This document shows, one piece after another, positions 31,205 to 41,023 of a stretch of DNA of 43,160 nt. Under the pieces are notes generated by a model. It was given only the letters and a program-made list of their open reading frames with translations, had not been told where the DNA came from and searched no databases. Origin of the DNA: an uncultured Deferribacteres bacterium (lineage in GTDB: Bacteria > Zhuqueibacterota > Zhuqueibacteria > Zhuqueibacterales > Geothermadaptataceae); assembly GCA_964014485.1 (NCBI GenBank), contig CAXHAT010000050.1:1-43160 (forward strand), written 5' to 3'. A program made the position numbers and the translations under genes. Every line of letters begins with the position of its first letter. The stretch's first letter is position 1.

Positions 31205-32070
31205 AAAAAATTCTCGTTCTTCACGGTCCAAATTTGAACTTGCTGGGGCTTCGTGAACCGGAAATTTACGGCCGTCAGACTTTGGACGAACTCAACCATT
31301 TTGTTTGGGAAAAAACACAGCCCTACAAGCTTGATCTGCAATTTTCGCAATCCAATCACGAAGGCATAGTCATCGACAAAATCCAGGCTGCGGACGGTGA
31401 ATTCGACGGAATTGTGATCAATCCCGCCGCGTTCACGCATTACAGCATTGCCATTCGTGACGCCATCGCCGCTCTAGAAATTCCCGTTGTTGAAGTCCAC
31501 CTTTCCGATATTGCCAAGCGCGAAGAATTCCGCCGAATTTCCATGTTGAAAGACGTTTGCTTTGACCAAATTAGCGGCTTCGGCGCGGAAAGTTACGTTT
31601 ACGGCATTGAAGCGCTGGTTGGCGCAGGCGTGCTGAAAAATTTGCAAAAACAATCGCCGGACACGGCTAAAAAAGTCAACACACAAGTTGTCGACGCGCT
31701 GCACGACGCTTTTCCCAAGTACGACTGGACGGGAATTTACATGGTTGACGGTGACGAACTTTACGTCGATTATTTTCGCGGCGCGCCTACGCCGCATGAG
31801 CGCATTCCCATCGGCCACGGCATTTGCGGCGCCGCCGTCGCCGACGAAGAAACGATTGTCGTCGCGGACGTTAACGCCGATCCGCGCTACCTGGCTTGCA
31901 GCATCGAGACGAAATCGGAAATCGTCGTTCCGATCTACGTCGGCGAAAAAATCGTCGGGGAAATTGACATTGACAGCCATCAGGTCGAAGCCTTTCGCCA
32001 GCATGATCGGCGCTGCCTGGAAAAAATCGCCGCCTGGATGGGACAAGCTTTTAAAGGAGTTGCTTTCTGA
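31201..32070 (+). CDS. aroQ: Type II 3-dehydroquinate dehydratase fused to a C-terminal GAF (fRMsr/YebR-like) domain
   Basis: LHGPNLNLLGLREPEIYG, QSNHEG, NPAAFTHYS and EVHLS motifs, followed in frame by DWTGIY...GICG...YLACS..TKSEIVVP...GEIDIDS. Confidence 0.92.
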   Translation: MKKILVLHGPNLNLLGLREPEIYGRQTLDELNHFVWEKTQPYKLDLQFSQSNHEGIVIDKIQAADGEFDGIVINPAAFTHYSIAIRDAIAALEIPVVEVHLSDIAKREEFRRISMLKDVCFDQISGFGAESYVYGIEALVGAGVLKNLQKQSPDTAKKVNTQVVDALHDAFPKYDWTGIYMVDGDELYVDYFRGAPTPHERIPIGHGICGAAVADEETIVVADVNADPRYLACSIETKSEIVVPIYVGEKIVGEIDIDSHQVEAFRQHDRRCLEKIAAWMGQAFKGVAF

Positions 32071-32078
32071 GCGGGAAC

Positions 32079-33593
32079 TTGGCGCCGGAAGCGCAATGGC
32101 TTGTCGGACTCTATCTTTTAACCACCCTTTTCATCGGCCTTCGCGCGGGTAAGCGAGCGAAGAAATCTTTGAGCGATTATCTCGTCGCCGGGCGCAGATT
32201 GACCATGCCCGCTTTTGTCGCTTCACTGGTTTCAACATGGTACGGCGGCATTCTCGGCGTGGGAGAATTCACCTGGCGTTACGGCGTTTCAAATTGGCTG
32301 GTTTTTGGCGTTCCGTACTATCTTTTCGCCGTTATTTTCGCGCTTTTTCTGGCCAAAAAAGCGCGCCGTTCCGAGCATTTCACTATTCCCGACCAGCTTG
32401 AAGCGGCATACGGCAAGCGCACCGCCGTCGCTGGCGCGGGGTTTCTTTTTTTGCTCACCCTGCCTGCGCCCTACCTGCTGATGATCGGCGTATTGCTCGC
32501 CTTGTTTTTTCCAATCCCATTGTCCCTTGCCGTCGTTTTTGCGGCCATATTTTCCTTTGTATACATTTATCGCGACGGCTTGAACGCCGTTGTGCGCACA
32601 GACGTTTTGCAATTCGCGCTCATGTTCGCCGGATTTCTGCTGGTCGTCGGCTATGCAGTTTTTCAGCACGGCGGTTATGGATTTCTAGTAGAAAACCTGC
32701 CCGAGTCACACCTGACCTGGCACGGCGGCAATTCGGTGCAGTACATTCTCGTTTGGTACTTCATCGCGGCGAGTACATTGGTCGACCCCAATTTTTATCA
32801 ACGTTGTTTTGCGGCGAAAACGGAAAACGTCGCCCGGCGCGGCATTTTGATTTCGGTTGTCCTTTGGTTTTTGTTCGACTTTTTGACAACGACGACCGGG
32901 CTGTACGCGCGGGTTCTTTTGCCTGATCTTGCCAATCCGGTTGAAGCGTTTCCCGGATTAGCCGAGGTTGTTCTTCCTCCTTTGGCGCACGGCTTTTTTC
33001 TCGTTGCTTTGCTTGCGACAATCATGTCCACGCTCGACAGTTTTTCCTTTGTCTCGGCCGTAACGCTGGGGCGAGATATTTTGGGAAAAATGAAATTCGG
33101 CCGCGCTTTTCTTGAATACAAAAAGCGCTTGACTCCATCATCACCTCACGCTTTGTCATTCCCGCGCAGGCGGGAATCCAGGGATCGTGCTCATACGATG
33201 GATTCCCGCCTGCGCGGGAATGACGGATCGGATGGCGTGGCGAAGGATTTAGACCAACGAAGAATTATTGTCGGGCTGGCGGTTTCTTTGACGCTCTCCA
33301 TTATCCTGGCCTTGACCGTCGATTCGGTCATCGATCTCTGGTACCAATTCGGCAGCGTTGCAACGCCGGCATTGCTCGTTCCTTTGGCTTCAAGCTTTTC
33401 CAGGCGCTGGCGCCTGAGAAGGAAGACGGCGTTTTGGAGTATTCTCTTCTCCGGTTTAACAGCATTGATTTGGTTGATCGCCGGGCTTTTGACAGTCACG
33501 CCGTTTGGAAACATTGAACCTATTTTTCCCGGTTTGGCCGTTTCAATACTCATTTTCATTTTTGATCTTAGCCGGCGGAAATCGCCTGAATAG
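32079..33593 (+). CDS. Sodium:solute symporter family protein with an in-frame REP insertion
   Basis: YLVAGRRL, TWYGG, TDVLQF, YQRCFAA and TIMSTLDS motifs, with about 13 TM segments. Confidence 0.92.
   Translation: MAPEAQWLVGLYLLTTLFIGLRAGKRAKKSLSDYLVAGRRLTMPAFVASLVSTWYGGILGVGEFTWRYGVSNWLVFGVPYYLFAVIFALFLAKKARRSEHFTIPDQLEAAYGKRTAVAGAGFLFLLTLPAPYLLMIGVLLALFFPIPLSLAVVFAAIFSFVYIYRDGLNAVVRTDVLQFALMFAGFLLVVGYAVFQHGGYGFLVENLPESHLTWHGGNSVQYILVWYFIAASTLVDPNFYQRCFAAKTENVARRGILISVVLWFLFDFLTTTTGLYARVLLPDLANPVEAFPGLAEVVLPPLAHGFFLVALLATIMSTLDSFSFVSAVTLGRDILGKMKFGRAFLEYKKRLTPSSPHALSFPRRRESRDRAHTMDSRLRGNDGSDGVAKDLDQRRIIVGLAVSLTLSIILALTVDSVIDLWYQFGSVATPALLVPLASSFSRRWRLRRKTAFWSILFSGLTALIWLIAGLLTVTPFGNIEPIFPGLAVSILIFIFDLSRRKSPE
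33155..33224. repeat. GTCATTCCCGCGCAGGCGGGAATCCA-type REP doublet (intragenic)
   Basis: Two inverted 26-bp arms, translated as SFPRRRESR...MDSRLRGND within the symporter. The arms are identical to those at 34401-34471. Confidence 0.92.
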
Positions 33594-33670
33594 ACAGCAA
33601 AAAGATTTGCTTCCGATTGCAGATTTACATAAAATGCCGCCCGTTTTTCTGGAGAAACCGGTGACGGAGC

Positions 33671-33874
33671 TCTCTACCTGACACTTTTTTGTAAACAGCA
33701 TTTTCGAACCGTTGCAAGGTCCCGGTTTTGTCATTCTGAAGGAATCTTTGTTATCGTCCAGTGTAGATCATGCTCAAAAGTTCAAGGGTCGGATTAAAAA
33801 AGATGCTTTCAGCATGACAATTCCGACTTTGTTCGCCAGTTTAGAAGCCTAGACAAAAAGTGTCAGGTAGTGAA
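33671..33874. mobile_element. MITE-like element, family A copy 3 (~204 bp)
   Basis: TIRs CTACCTGACACTTTTT / AAAAAGTGTCAGGTAG and flanking 9-bp direct repeats TGACGGAGC (33662-70, 33875-83). Confidence 0.88.
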
Positions 33875-33926
33875 TGACGGAGCCAGTCCAAAAGACTTTC
33901 ACATTATTTTTCAAACGAATTCGATT

Positions 33927-34352
33927 ATGGCAAAAGGCAACTTCAACTGGGTGAGCATGATCGTGCGGTTTCTCGGCGCGATGGCACTTGTTTTACTAAC
34001 GTTCAATCCTGACGGGAAATTCTCATACTATCACTGGTTTCGCATCTCGCTTGAAACGCAAAATATCGAAGCGATCATGGTTTTTTCCGGTGTGATTCTC
34101 ATGATCGGCTGGGCGGTTTTTCTGCGTGCGACAAAGCTCTCGCTCGGATTTTGGGGGCTGATTCTCGCCGCAGCGTTTTTCGGCACGCTATTGTGGCTGA
34201 TTATTGATGTCGGTCTTATCCCCAAAGACAGCCGCCGCACGATGACCTACGCCATTCTTATTGCGATTGCCGGTATTCTGGCGGTCGGCATGTCGTGGTC
34301 GCACGTGCGAAAACGCATGTCCGGCCAAGCTGACGTGGATGAGATTAACTGA
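33927..34352 (+). CDS. Small integral membrane protein (DUF6524-like)
   Basis: RF..A..LVLLTFNP..SYYHW...RAT..SLG...GMSWSHVRKRMSGQADVD pattern. The probable start is ATG 33927. Confidence 0.75.
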   Translation: MAKGNFNWVSMIVRFLGAMALVLLTFNPDGKFSYYHWFRISLETQNIEAIMVFSGVILMIGWAVFLRATKLSLGFWGLILAAAFFGTLLWLIIDVGLIPKDSRRTMTYAILIAIAGILAVGMSWSHVRKRMSGQADVDEIN

Positions 34353-34400
34353 TATTTGATGTGACGCGCCAGCTATGAAGTCAAAGAAACTCCTGTTAAA

Positions 34401-34471
34401 GTCATTCCCGCGCAGGCGGGAATCCAGGGGCTGCGCACGATTGACTGGATTCCCGCCTGCGCGGGAATGAC
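34401..34471. repeat. GTCATTCCCGCGCAGGCGGGAATCCA-type REP doublet (intergenic)
   Basis: The inverted arms are identical to those at 33155-33224, with a different spacer. Confidence 0.92.
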
Positions 34472-34587
34472 GTAAAAGCGACGTTTCTCTGGTGCTGCTT
34501 GAGAAATTTTCAAGAGTGCGCAACATCAACTGATATGAAAAATTTTGAACAACGACTGGCTTTCATTAACAAAAACCAGGAGGAAAC

Positions 34588-35292
34588 ATGGGGTTAGACG
34601 GTTTAGCACTCGGCGTTGTCTGGTACGTCGTTTTTGTTTTTTCACTGACGTGCCACGAGGCGGCGCACGCATTCACGGCGCACAGACTTGGCGATGACAC
34701 GGCTTACTTGGGCGGGCAAGTGACGCTCAACCCGATTCCGCACATGCAGCGTTCGCCGGTTGGGACAATCGTCGTTCCGATCCTTACCTTTTTCTTTACC
34801 AATTTTCAGTGGATGATGGGCTGGGCCAGTGCGCCGTTCGACCCAATGTGGCAGCAACGCTACCCAAAACGCGCCGCATGGATGGCTTTGGCGGGGCCTC
34901 TGGCTAATTTGGCGATTGTGCTTATTACAGCGGCCATCATGAAAATCGGTATGGCGGCTGACGTTTTTGAACCGCCGATCCGCAGCAGTTTTGCCACGAT
35001 TGTCGTCGCGACTGAAAGCGGCTCCCCCGCGATTGCGACTTTCCTGAGCATCATGTTCGCGCTCAATCTTTTACTTTTCGTTTTTAACCTCATCCCGGTT
35101 CCGCCGCTCGACGGATTCTCCGTCGCCGGGCTGTTTATGCGCGAAGAGACCATGCTAAGATTTATCAATATGTCGCACAACCCGACATTTTCGTTACTCG
35201 GAATTCTTGTCGCCTGGAACGCGATCAAGTTTGTTTTTCCGCCCGCCTTTTTCTTTTCATTACGCCTGCTCTACGCCGGTCACGCCTTCTAA
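34588..35292 (+). CDS. Site-2 protease family (M50) membrane metalloprotease
   Basis: HEAAH, TLNP, ALAGPLAN and FNLIPVPPLDG motifs, with RBS AGGAGG. Confidence 0.95.
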   Translation: MGLDGLALGVVWYVVFVFSLTCHEAAHAFTAHRLGDDTAYLGGQVTLNPIPHMQRSPVGTIVVPILTFFFTNFQWMMGWASAPFDPMWQQRYPKRAAWMALAGPLANLAIVLITAAIMKIGMAADVFEPPIRSSFATIVVATESGSPAIATFLSIMFALNLLLFVFNLIPVPPLDGFSVAGLFMREETMLRFINMSHNPTFSLLGILVAWNAIKFVFPPAFFFSLRLLYAGHAF

Positions 35293-35644
35293 AAACGTTC
35301 TTTTCGCGAATTTGAAACGAACGAAGTTGTAATTGTCCCATGACGGGATTGGCTGCGTTTCGCCCGTTGCTTTAACTTTGCAAAAATTTCACAGACTGCT
35401 TTGTAAGCTCAAAACCTTACTTCCAAAGACTTGGGTTTTGGTCAATCCTTTCCAATTTCAAATTTCGTTTTCAGCCGGAACGCTGTTTGCCAAAAACGAT
35501 CTCCGGAAACGCCAACCACAATTTTCGTAATTCTTTTCGGAATTGCTTTCGAATCTGACGATTTCAGAGAAGTTTTTCGAACGCGGCGTTTCAAAAGTGC
35601 AATTCCCCATCAATCAATCAGGACGAACAACAGGAGGCGCAAGG

Positions 35645-36910
35645 ATGCGATCCCCATTTTCTACGCAATCCGTCACGAGACTTTTATTCCTTATCTTACT
35701 TGCCGCCGGCGTTGCTTCAGCGCAGCCCGGCAGTCAGACCCCGACCAATTTGAAAATCGCTTTTATCGGCGATCAAGGTGCGAGCAAGGATTCGAAACGC
35801 GTGCTCGATCTCATCGTTTCTGAAGGCGCGGACGCTGTCGTTCATAGCGGCGATCTCGATTATGACGACGATCCGCAAGGCTGGGAAGAGATGATCAACG
35901 ACAAGCTCGGACCAAACTTTCCGTACTTTGTTTCAATCGGCAACCACGATGAAAAAGCCTGGGACGGCGGCGACGGCTACCAAGCCAGACTCGAAGCGCG
36001 TCTCAATAGAATCGGTCTGCCGTGGGACGGCGATCTTGGCGTCAATTCATCAGTAAAATTTCGCGGTCTCCAAATCATCCTCGTCGGCCCGGGCGTGATG
36101 GGAAAAAATCACGCGGAATACGTCCGCGACGTCCTCGCACAGGACAAGTCGGTCTGGAGCATCGCCAGTTGGCACAAAAACATGAAAGACATGCAAGTCG
36201 GCGGCAAGGATGACGACGCAGGTTGGGACGTGTATCGCGAATCCCGATTGGGCGGCGCGATCATCGCCACCGGACACGAGCATTCTTACAGCAGGACGCA
36301 TTTGTTGAGCAATATCGAAGATCAAAGCGTCATCGACACTTCCGACACTTTGCGCGTTTCAATGGGCGAAACGTTTGTTTTCGTCAATGGGCTTGGCGGC
36401 AAGAGCATCCGCGAGCAAAAAAGATCCGGCGCCTGGTGGGCGAGTATTTACACTGAAGACCAAGACGCGAAGTCCGGCGTGCTTTTCGGCGTCTTTAACA
36501 AAGACGGTAACGAACGTCTGGCGGATTTTTATTTCAAAAACATCGACGGCGAAATCATCGACCAATTCCAGGTCGTTTCCGAAGTTGAAGACGCCGTCAC
36601 CAGCGTTGGCGAATCGGGAGAGATCGTTCCTTCTGATTTCGCGCTTGAGCAGAATTATCCCAACCCCTTCAACCCGGAAACCGCCATCCGTTTCCGCGTG
36701 CCAAAAACGATGGAGGTGAAATTGTACGTCACAGACTTGCTGGGCCGCAGGGTCAGGACGTTGGTGGACGGTACGTCTCCCGCCGGACGCCGCACGGTCG
36801 TTTGGGACGGCAAAAACGCTCTTGGCAAAGCGCTGTCTTCCGGGCAATACCTTTACACATTGGAAGCGGGCGGACTTGTTTTGACGCGCAAATTGACCTT
36901 GCTGAAGTAA
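35645..36910 (+). CDS. Secreted calcineurin-like metallophosphoesterase with a FlgD/C-terminal sorting domain
   Basis: GDQG, HSGDLDY, IGNHD and GHEHSY motifs, and C-terminal QNYPNPFNPET...VVWDGKN...SSGQY. The signal peptide begins at ATG 35645. Confidence 0.9.
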   Translation: MRSPFSTQSVTRLLFLILLAAGVASAQPGSQTPTNLKIAFIGDQGASKDSKRVLDLIVSEGADAVVHSGDLDYDDDPQGWEEMINDKLGPNFPYFVSIGNHDEKAWDGGDGYQARLEARLNRIGLPWDGDLGVNSSVKFRGLQIILVGPGVMGKNHAEYVRDVLAQDKSVWSIASWHKNMKDMQVGGKDDDAGWDVYRESRLGGAIIATGHEHSYSRTHLLSNIEDQSVIDTSDTLRVSMGETFVFVNGLGGKSIREQKRSGAWWASIYTEDQDAKSGVLFGVFNKDGNERLADFYFKNIDGEIIDQFQVVSEVEDAVTSVGESGEIVPSDFALEQNYPNPFNPETAIRFRVPKTMEVKLYVTDLLGRRVRTLVDGTSPAGRRTVVWDGKNALGKALSSGQYLYTLEAGGLVLTRKLTLLK

Positions 36911-36971
36911 TCGAGCAATTCGTAGGAGGGCCGCCCAAAAACATGGTCTCTGGATGAAAGGCATACCATAT

Positions 36972-36999
36972 GTAGGGGTTCAAAATCTTGAACCCCTAC
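36972..36999. repeat. GTAG-type REP palindrome (second sequence family)
   Basis: GTAGGGGTTCAA-AATC-TTGAACCCCTAC, 28 bp. Confidence 0.75.
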
Positions 37000-37193
37000 G
37001 AAATATTGTGCGCCGCCTTGAAAATATTATATTTTGAGACAGCCCTTTACAGCCCCTCGTTTCAATTAAAACCCGTTTATGCGATTGTTCGATTTGGCGA
37101 GTAAGTATTGAGGTCAAATATGAAGGATTGAACGCCGACCGGACTTTTCGTTTTATGTAAAACCCGGCTCGGATTACTTGGCCGAAGGGTTTT

Positions 37194-39002
37194 ATGAAAA
37201 ACAAAAAACGATCTCGCTTCATGTACATTCTTGGGGGATTTGTTCTGCTCGGCAGTCTCGGCGGATTTGCCGTCATCACGCAAAAACAAGCCGTTAAAAA
37301 TTTTGTCAAACAGCACGATTTTCTCTACAAGCCGTTAAAAAAAGTGCAGGGCTATATCCAAAGCGGCGGCGGTGAGCAGGCGGCCCCCAAGCCGAAGTTC
37401 AGCGCCAAACGCGATTGGCGGCTGGTGTTTGACGCCGGTCAAAGCCTGGGAAAATTTGACCGTTTCTGGGGGAATCTCGGAGCGGAGTCTTACCTGCAAG
37501 GCTTCATTTTTTCCCCAAGCTATGAATTCTTTCAAATGGTGAAAGAGACGAACCGCCGAAATCCGGGTACATTTCGCTATTTTCGCGCGCACAATCTCTA
37601 CAGCAACGGCAAGCCGCCCTATGGCGAAGGCTGCAATATTTATCACGAAGACGAACAAGGCAACCTGGCGCTCAATTGGGCCATCGCCGACACGGTTTTC
37701 GACACGATCTTGGATTGCGGCATGAAACCCATCGTCGAGTTTGGCTTCATGCCCGACAAGCTCGCATCTCTCCCCGACTATCGTCAACGCTGGGGGAAGG
37801 GCAATATTTCTGCGCCGCGCGATGAGCGGAAGTGGGCGGAATTGGTCTATCGCACCGTGCTGCATTTTAAGGAACGCTACGGCGAAGAAGAAATTAAGCA
37901 GTGGTATTTCGAAGTGTGGAACGAGCCGGATTTGAGCCTGTTTTGGCAGCAGAATCCAAAACATCCGCACATGGGAGACATGGAGGCGTACTACCGCCTG
38001 TATCGCATTACCGCCGCGGCGGCGAAGAAAGCGTGTCCATCAATTCGCGTGGGCGGGCCGGTGACGGCGGGCGGTGACGTCAAAGAATTTCTCGAAGCGA
38101 TGCTTTTGGACGACGAAGCGAACGGCGCCAAGCCGCCGGTTGATTTCATCTCGACGCACGCCTACGGTTTGGTTGGCGGCAGCGCAAATGATACGCGCAA
38201 AGACGGCCTCGTCGGCAAGATAAAATGGAAAGCGCGCTTTGCCGCTGAACATGACGACGCGCGTGTTCGCGGAGCAATGGAAAACCTGCCTTTCCTCATT
38301 ACCGAAACCGGCATGAGCGGCCGGAAAGTCTTTTTTAACAACAACCGTTTTGCCGCCGCCTGGGCTGCAAAATTGATTGCCGGGGGATTTTTTATCGAGT
38401 CGGCGTTGGGCGGGGCGTACAAACCGGCGGAATTTGTTTACTGGTCCGGCGAGCAAGTGACGCGGTATTTTGAAGAGCAAGGCGGCTTGGCGAGCTACCT
38501 AAAATTGAACGAAGAACGCGTTATTTTTAAACGTCCGATTTATCACGCCTTCGAAGCGCTTGGTTATCTGGGCGACGAGCGCATCGCGTTGAAAAGCGGC
38601 AGTCAATTCGGTGAATTCCTTCACGGCGTCGGCACAAAAAACGGCGCGGAGTCCGTCACTTTGGCGCTCTACCATCTCGACGAATACAAAAGCCTCGAAA
38701 CGCCGATTGACTCGGTCAACATCGATTTGTCCGTCGAATCGCTGCCGTTTGAAAACTATGAAGTCGAAGCCTTTCTCGTGGACGAGACGCATTCAAATCC
38801 TTACGGTTACTGGCACAACATGCAGCGTCCAAAACGCATTTCGCAAGAGCAGTACGAGACATTGCAAGCGCACAACAAATTGGAACTTTTGAAGCCGCGC
38901 TGGCAAGAAGCTTCAGCGGATCGCGCCTTCCGTTTTCAATACAAAATGCAAAACAACAGCTTGCTGGTAATTCGTCTGACGGCGAAAATGAATAGCCGTT
39001 AA
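37194..39002 (+). CDS. Glycoside hydrolase family 39 (beta-xylosidase-like), membrane-anchored
   Basis: YFRAHNL, PIVEFGFMP, FEVWNEPD (acid/base), RVGGP, DFISTHAY, ITETG (nucleophile) and DETHSN motifs. Confidence 0.9.
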   Translation: MKNKKRSRFMYILGGFVLLGSLGGFAVITQKQAVKNFVKQHDFLYKPLKKVQGYIQSGGGEQAAPKPKFSAKRDWRLVFDAGQSLGKFDRFWGNLGAESYLQGFIFSPSYEFFQMVKETNRRNPGTFRYFRAHNLYSNGKPPYGEGCNIYHEDEQGNLALNWAIADTVFDTILDCGMKPIVEFGFMPDKLASLPDYRQRWGKGNISAPRDERKWAELVYRTVLHFKERYGEEEIKQWYFEVWNEPDLSLFWQQNPKHPHMGDMEAYYRLYRITAAAAKKACPSIRVGGPVTAGGDVKEFLEAMLLDDEANGAKPPVDFISTHAYGLVGGSANDTRKDGLVGKIKWKARFAAEHDDARVRGAMENLPFLITETGMSGRKVFFNNNRFAAAWAAKLIAGGFFIESALGGAYKPAEFVYWSGEQVTRYFEEQGGLASYLKLNEERVIFKRPIYHAFEALGYLGDERIALKSGSQFGEFLHGVGTKNGAESVTLALYHLDEYKSLETPIDSVNIDLSVESLPFENYEVEAFLVDETHSNPYGYWHNMQRPKRISQEQYETLQAHNKLELLKPRWQEASADRAFRFQYKMQNNSLLVIRLTAKMNSR

Positions 39003-39050
39003 TGCTTCATTCATGTTATGAATCGCCCAAACCCCGAAACATTGGTTGTG

Positions 39051-39121
39051 GCCATTCTCGTGGAGACGGGAATCCAGAAAATGGTGTCCAATCCCTGGAT
39101 TCGCGCCTCCGCGGAAATGCC
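39051..39121. repeat. Degenerate GTCATTCCCGCG-type REP doublet
   Basis: GCCATTCTCGTGGAGACGGGAATCCAG ... CTGGATTCGCGCCTCCGCGGAAATGCC, between convergent genes. Confidence 0.7.
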
Positions 39122-39175
39122 GTAAAAGCAATGCTTGAACCATACGCTGCATGACTTGCGAGTGTGTTACATGAG

Positions 39176-39970
39176 TTACTTTTCGGCGTGAATGTGGGCG
39201 ATGGCGAGGTAGGGATCGCTCGTCATCCCCGCGAGCCAGTTTTCAACTTCCTGAACTGCCGCCTGATCCCAAACTTCCGGGCAGGTAAAATGCAGCGTTC
39301 GCGCCGTAATCGAGACCGCGCGGGAAAAGGACTCCCGTCCTATCGTCGCCGGAGAAAGCAAATTGACGGAAACGTTGATTTCTCGAAATCCCGCCTTTGA
39401 AAACATTTTCGCGGCTGATTTCGGTACGTTTGGCAAACTGCCCCATTTTGCGTACACCGCGAGCATTCGTTCCCGAAACATTCGCCAGACCTTGTCTTCT
39501 TCGCCGCAATCGTAATAATCGTAAATCGGCTCAAGGCAGAGAAAAACACCGCCCGGCTTCAGCGCTTTTAGAACGCCATCTAAAAAATCGTCCGGTTGAT
39601 CGACGTGCTGCAACGTGAAGCGCGCTAAAACTGCGTCATGAACCCGAGTATAACCGGAATCAAAATTGGCGCATTTCAGCGCGACGTTGGGCATGTATTT
39701 TTTTTGAAAACGCCGCTTTGCGAATGCGATCAACTCTTCGTTTTGCTCGAGGCCAAGATAGCGAATTTCCGGCGTTGCTTCGGCGAGTTTCATCAAAAAA
39801 GAGCCGTCGCCAATACCGACGTCCAGCACGTCTCTTGCGCCTTCGCGAACAAGCTTGTCTTGCAGCAGCGGAACGTCCACGGCGCCGTAAATCTCCGTTT
39901 GCATTTCCAACGAATGCGCGATGATTTCCATCCGATTCGCAGCAGTTTTTTCTGTAAAAAGCGTTCCCAT
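39176..39970 (-). CDS. Class I SAM-dependent methyltransferase
   Basis: VLDVGIGDG, ARFTLQHV and LKPGGVFLCLE motifs. The true start is likely ATG 39970; the longer ORF call overlaps the MarR-GNAT gene out of frame. Confidence 0.88.
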   Translation of the reverse strand: MGTLFTEKTAANRMEIIAHSLEMQTEIYGAVDVPLLQDKLVREGARDVLDVGIGDGSFLMKLAEATPEIRYLGLEQNEELIAFAKRRFQKKYMPNVALKCANFDSGYTRVHDAVLARFTLQHVDQPDDFLDGVLKALKPGGVFLCLEPIYDYYDCGEEDKVWRMFRERMLAVYAKWGSLPNVPKSAAKMFSKAGFREINVSVNLLSPATIGRESFSRAVSITARTLHFTCPEVWDQAAVQEVENWLAGMTSDPYLAIAHIHAEK

Positions 39971-39986
39971 AATTTCTCCGTCGGGT

Positions 39987-40937
39987 TTAAAATTCCGGCT
40001 TTTGCGCGCTAAAATCCAATTCCCAAATTTCTCCGAATTCAGCTTCGCCAATGCGGCTCTCCGAATTCTCTTCCACCAGCACAAAGCCGGCGTTAGCGTA
40101 GAGCCGACGGGCGGGAAGCAAATTGCTCTGCGTCCAAAGCCTGATTTTTTTGTAGCCCGCCCGCCGCGAAAAGGTGACGCACTGCTCGACCAGTCGTTTC
40201 CCCACGCCCAACCCGCGCGCTTTCGGCTCCACGAGCATGAGCCTGAGCTGCGCCACATTTTCGCCTGCATCGACAATCATCACCGAGCCGATGCGCTCGC
40301 CGTCCAGCTCCGCCACCCAGAAACGCTCGCGCTTGGGATTGTGGTCGTTGGCGAATGCCGCCGCAATTTTCGCCACCAGCGCTTCGAACGATTCGTCGTA
40401 ACCCTGCTCTTCGGCGTAGAGCACGCCGTGCCGATAAATCAGCCAGCCAATATCGCCGGTTTCGTGCTGGCGCAGCAAAAACGGACGCTTCGATCTGGAC
40501 GATTCCGCCAGAACGTCTTCTATGGTCTGCATGGCGTGCAGGAGCCGTTTTCTGTTCTCGGCGGAAAGCCGGTGCAAAATCGATTCGGCTTCTTTTTTGG
40601 AGCGCGCATTGAGCTCGGCAAACGCTTTTCGGCCTTCATCAGTCAATGACAGCTCGCGTTTCCGGGAATCGTTTTCGGCGCGCGTCTTGGTCAAAAGGCC
40701 GTCTTTCTCAAAAGCGGTTAGAACGCGGCTGAGATAGCCCGGGTCAAGGTTGAGTTCCTGGAGCAGTTCCTTCGCGGTCGTCTTTTTGTGCTGCGCCAAT
40801 TCATACAAGACGCGCGCTTGCGTCAACGGGAATCGCGTTTTGAGCAAGCCCTTGCCCAGCAGACCGATTTGCTTGGTATAAAATCGATTGAAACGCCGAT
40901 ACGCTTCGACGCTTTGAGGTAGTGATGGAATCGTCAT
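39987..40937 (-). CDS. MarR-family regulator fused to a GNAT acetyltransferase
   Basis: RRFNRFYT, ARVLYELA, LDPGYLSR, LTDEGR, then AQLRLMLVEPKARGLGVG and ARRLYANAGF. The start is ATG 40937. Confidence 0.93.
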   Translation of the reverse strand: MTIPSLPQSVEAYRRFNRFYTKQIGLLGKGLLKTRFPLTQARVLYELAQHKKTTAKELLQELNLDPGYLSRVLTAFEKDGLLTKTRAENDSRKRELSLTDEGRKAFAELNARSKKEAESILHRLSAENRKRLLHAMQTIEDVLAESSRSKRPFLLRQHETGDIGWLIYRHGVLYAEEQGYDESFEALVAKIAAAFANDHNPKRERFWVAELDGERIGSVMIVDAGENVAQLRLMLVEPKARGLGVGKRLVEQCVTFSRRAGYKKIRLWTQSNLLPARRLYANAGFVLVEENSESRIGEAEFGEIWELDFSAQKPEF

Positions 40938-40979
40938 AAAACGCCCTCGCTGAAATTTATGTGCGAAGATCATGTTTTA

Positions 40980-40996
40980 ATTTGACAAAGTCAAAT
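40980..40996. promoter_or_regulatory. Palindromic candidate operator for the MarR-GNAT regulator
   Basis: ATTTGAC-AAA-GTCAAAT lies in an AT-rich promoter region about 45 bp upstream of the start and overlaps TTGAC -35-like hexamers. Confidence 0.6.
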
Positions 40997-41023
40997 AATT
41001 TTTATTTAAACAATCTCAAGAGC

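Noticed and set aside
39971..40276. 100-aa N-terminal extension of the methyltransferase in the ORF track
   Set aside because: It overlaps the GNAT domain in another frame and has non-protein-like composition. A good RBS (GGAG) precedes ATG 39970.
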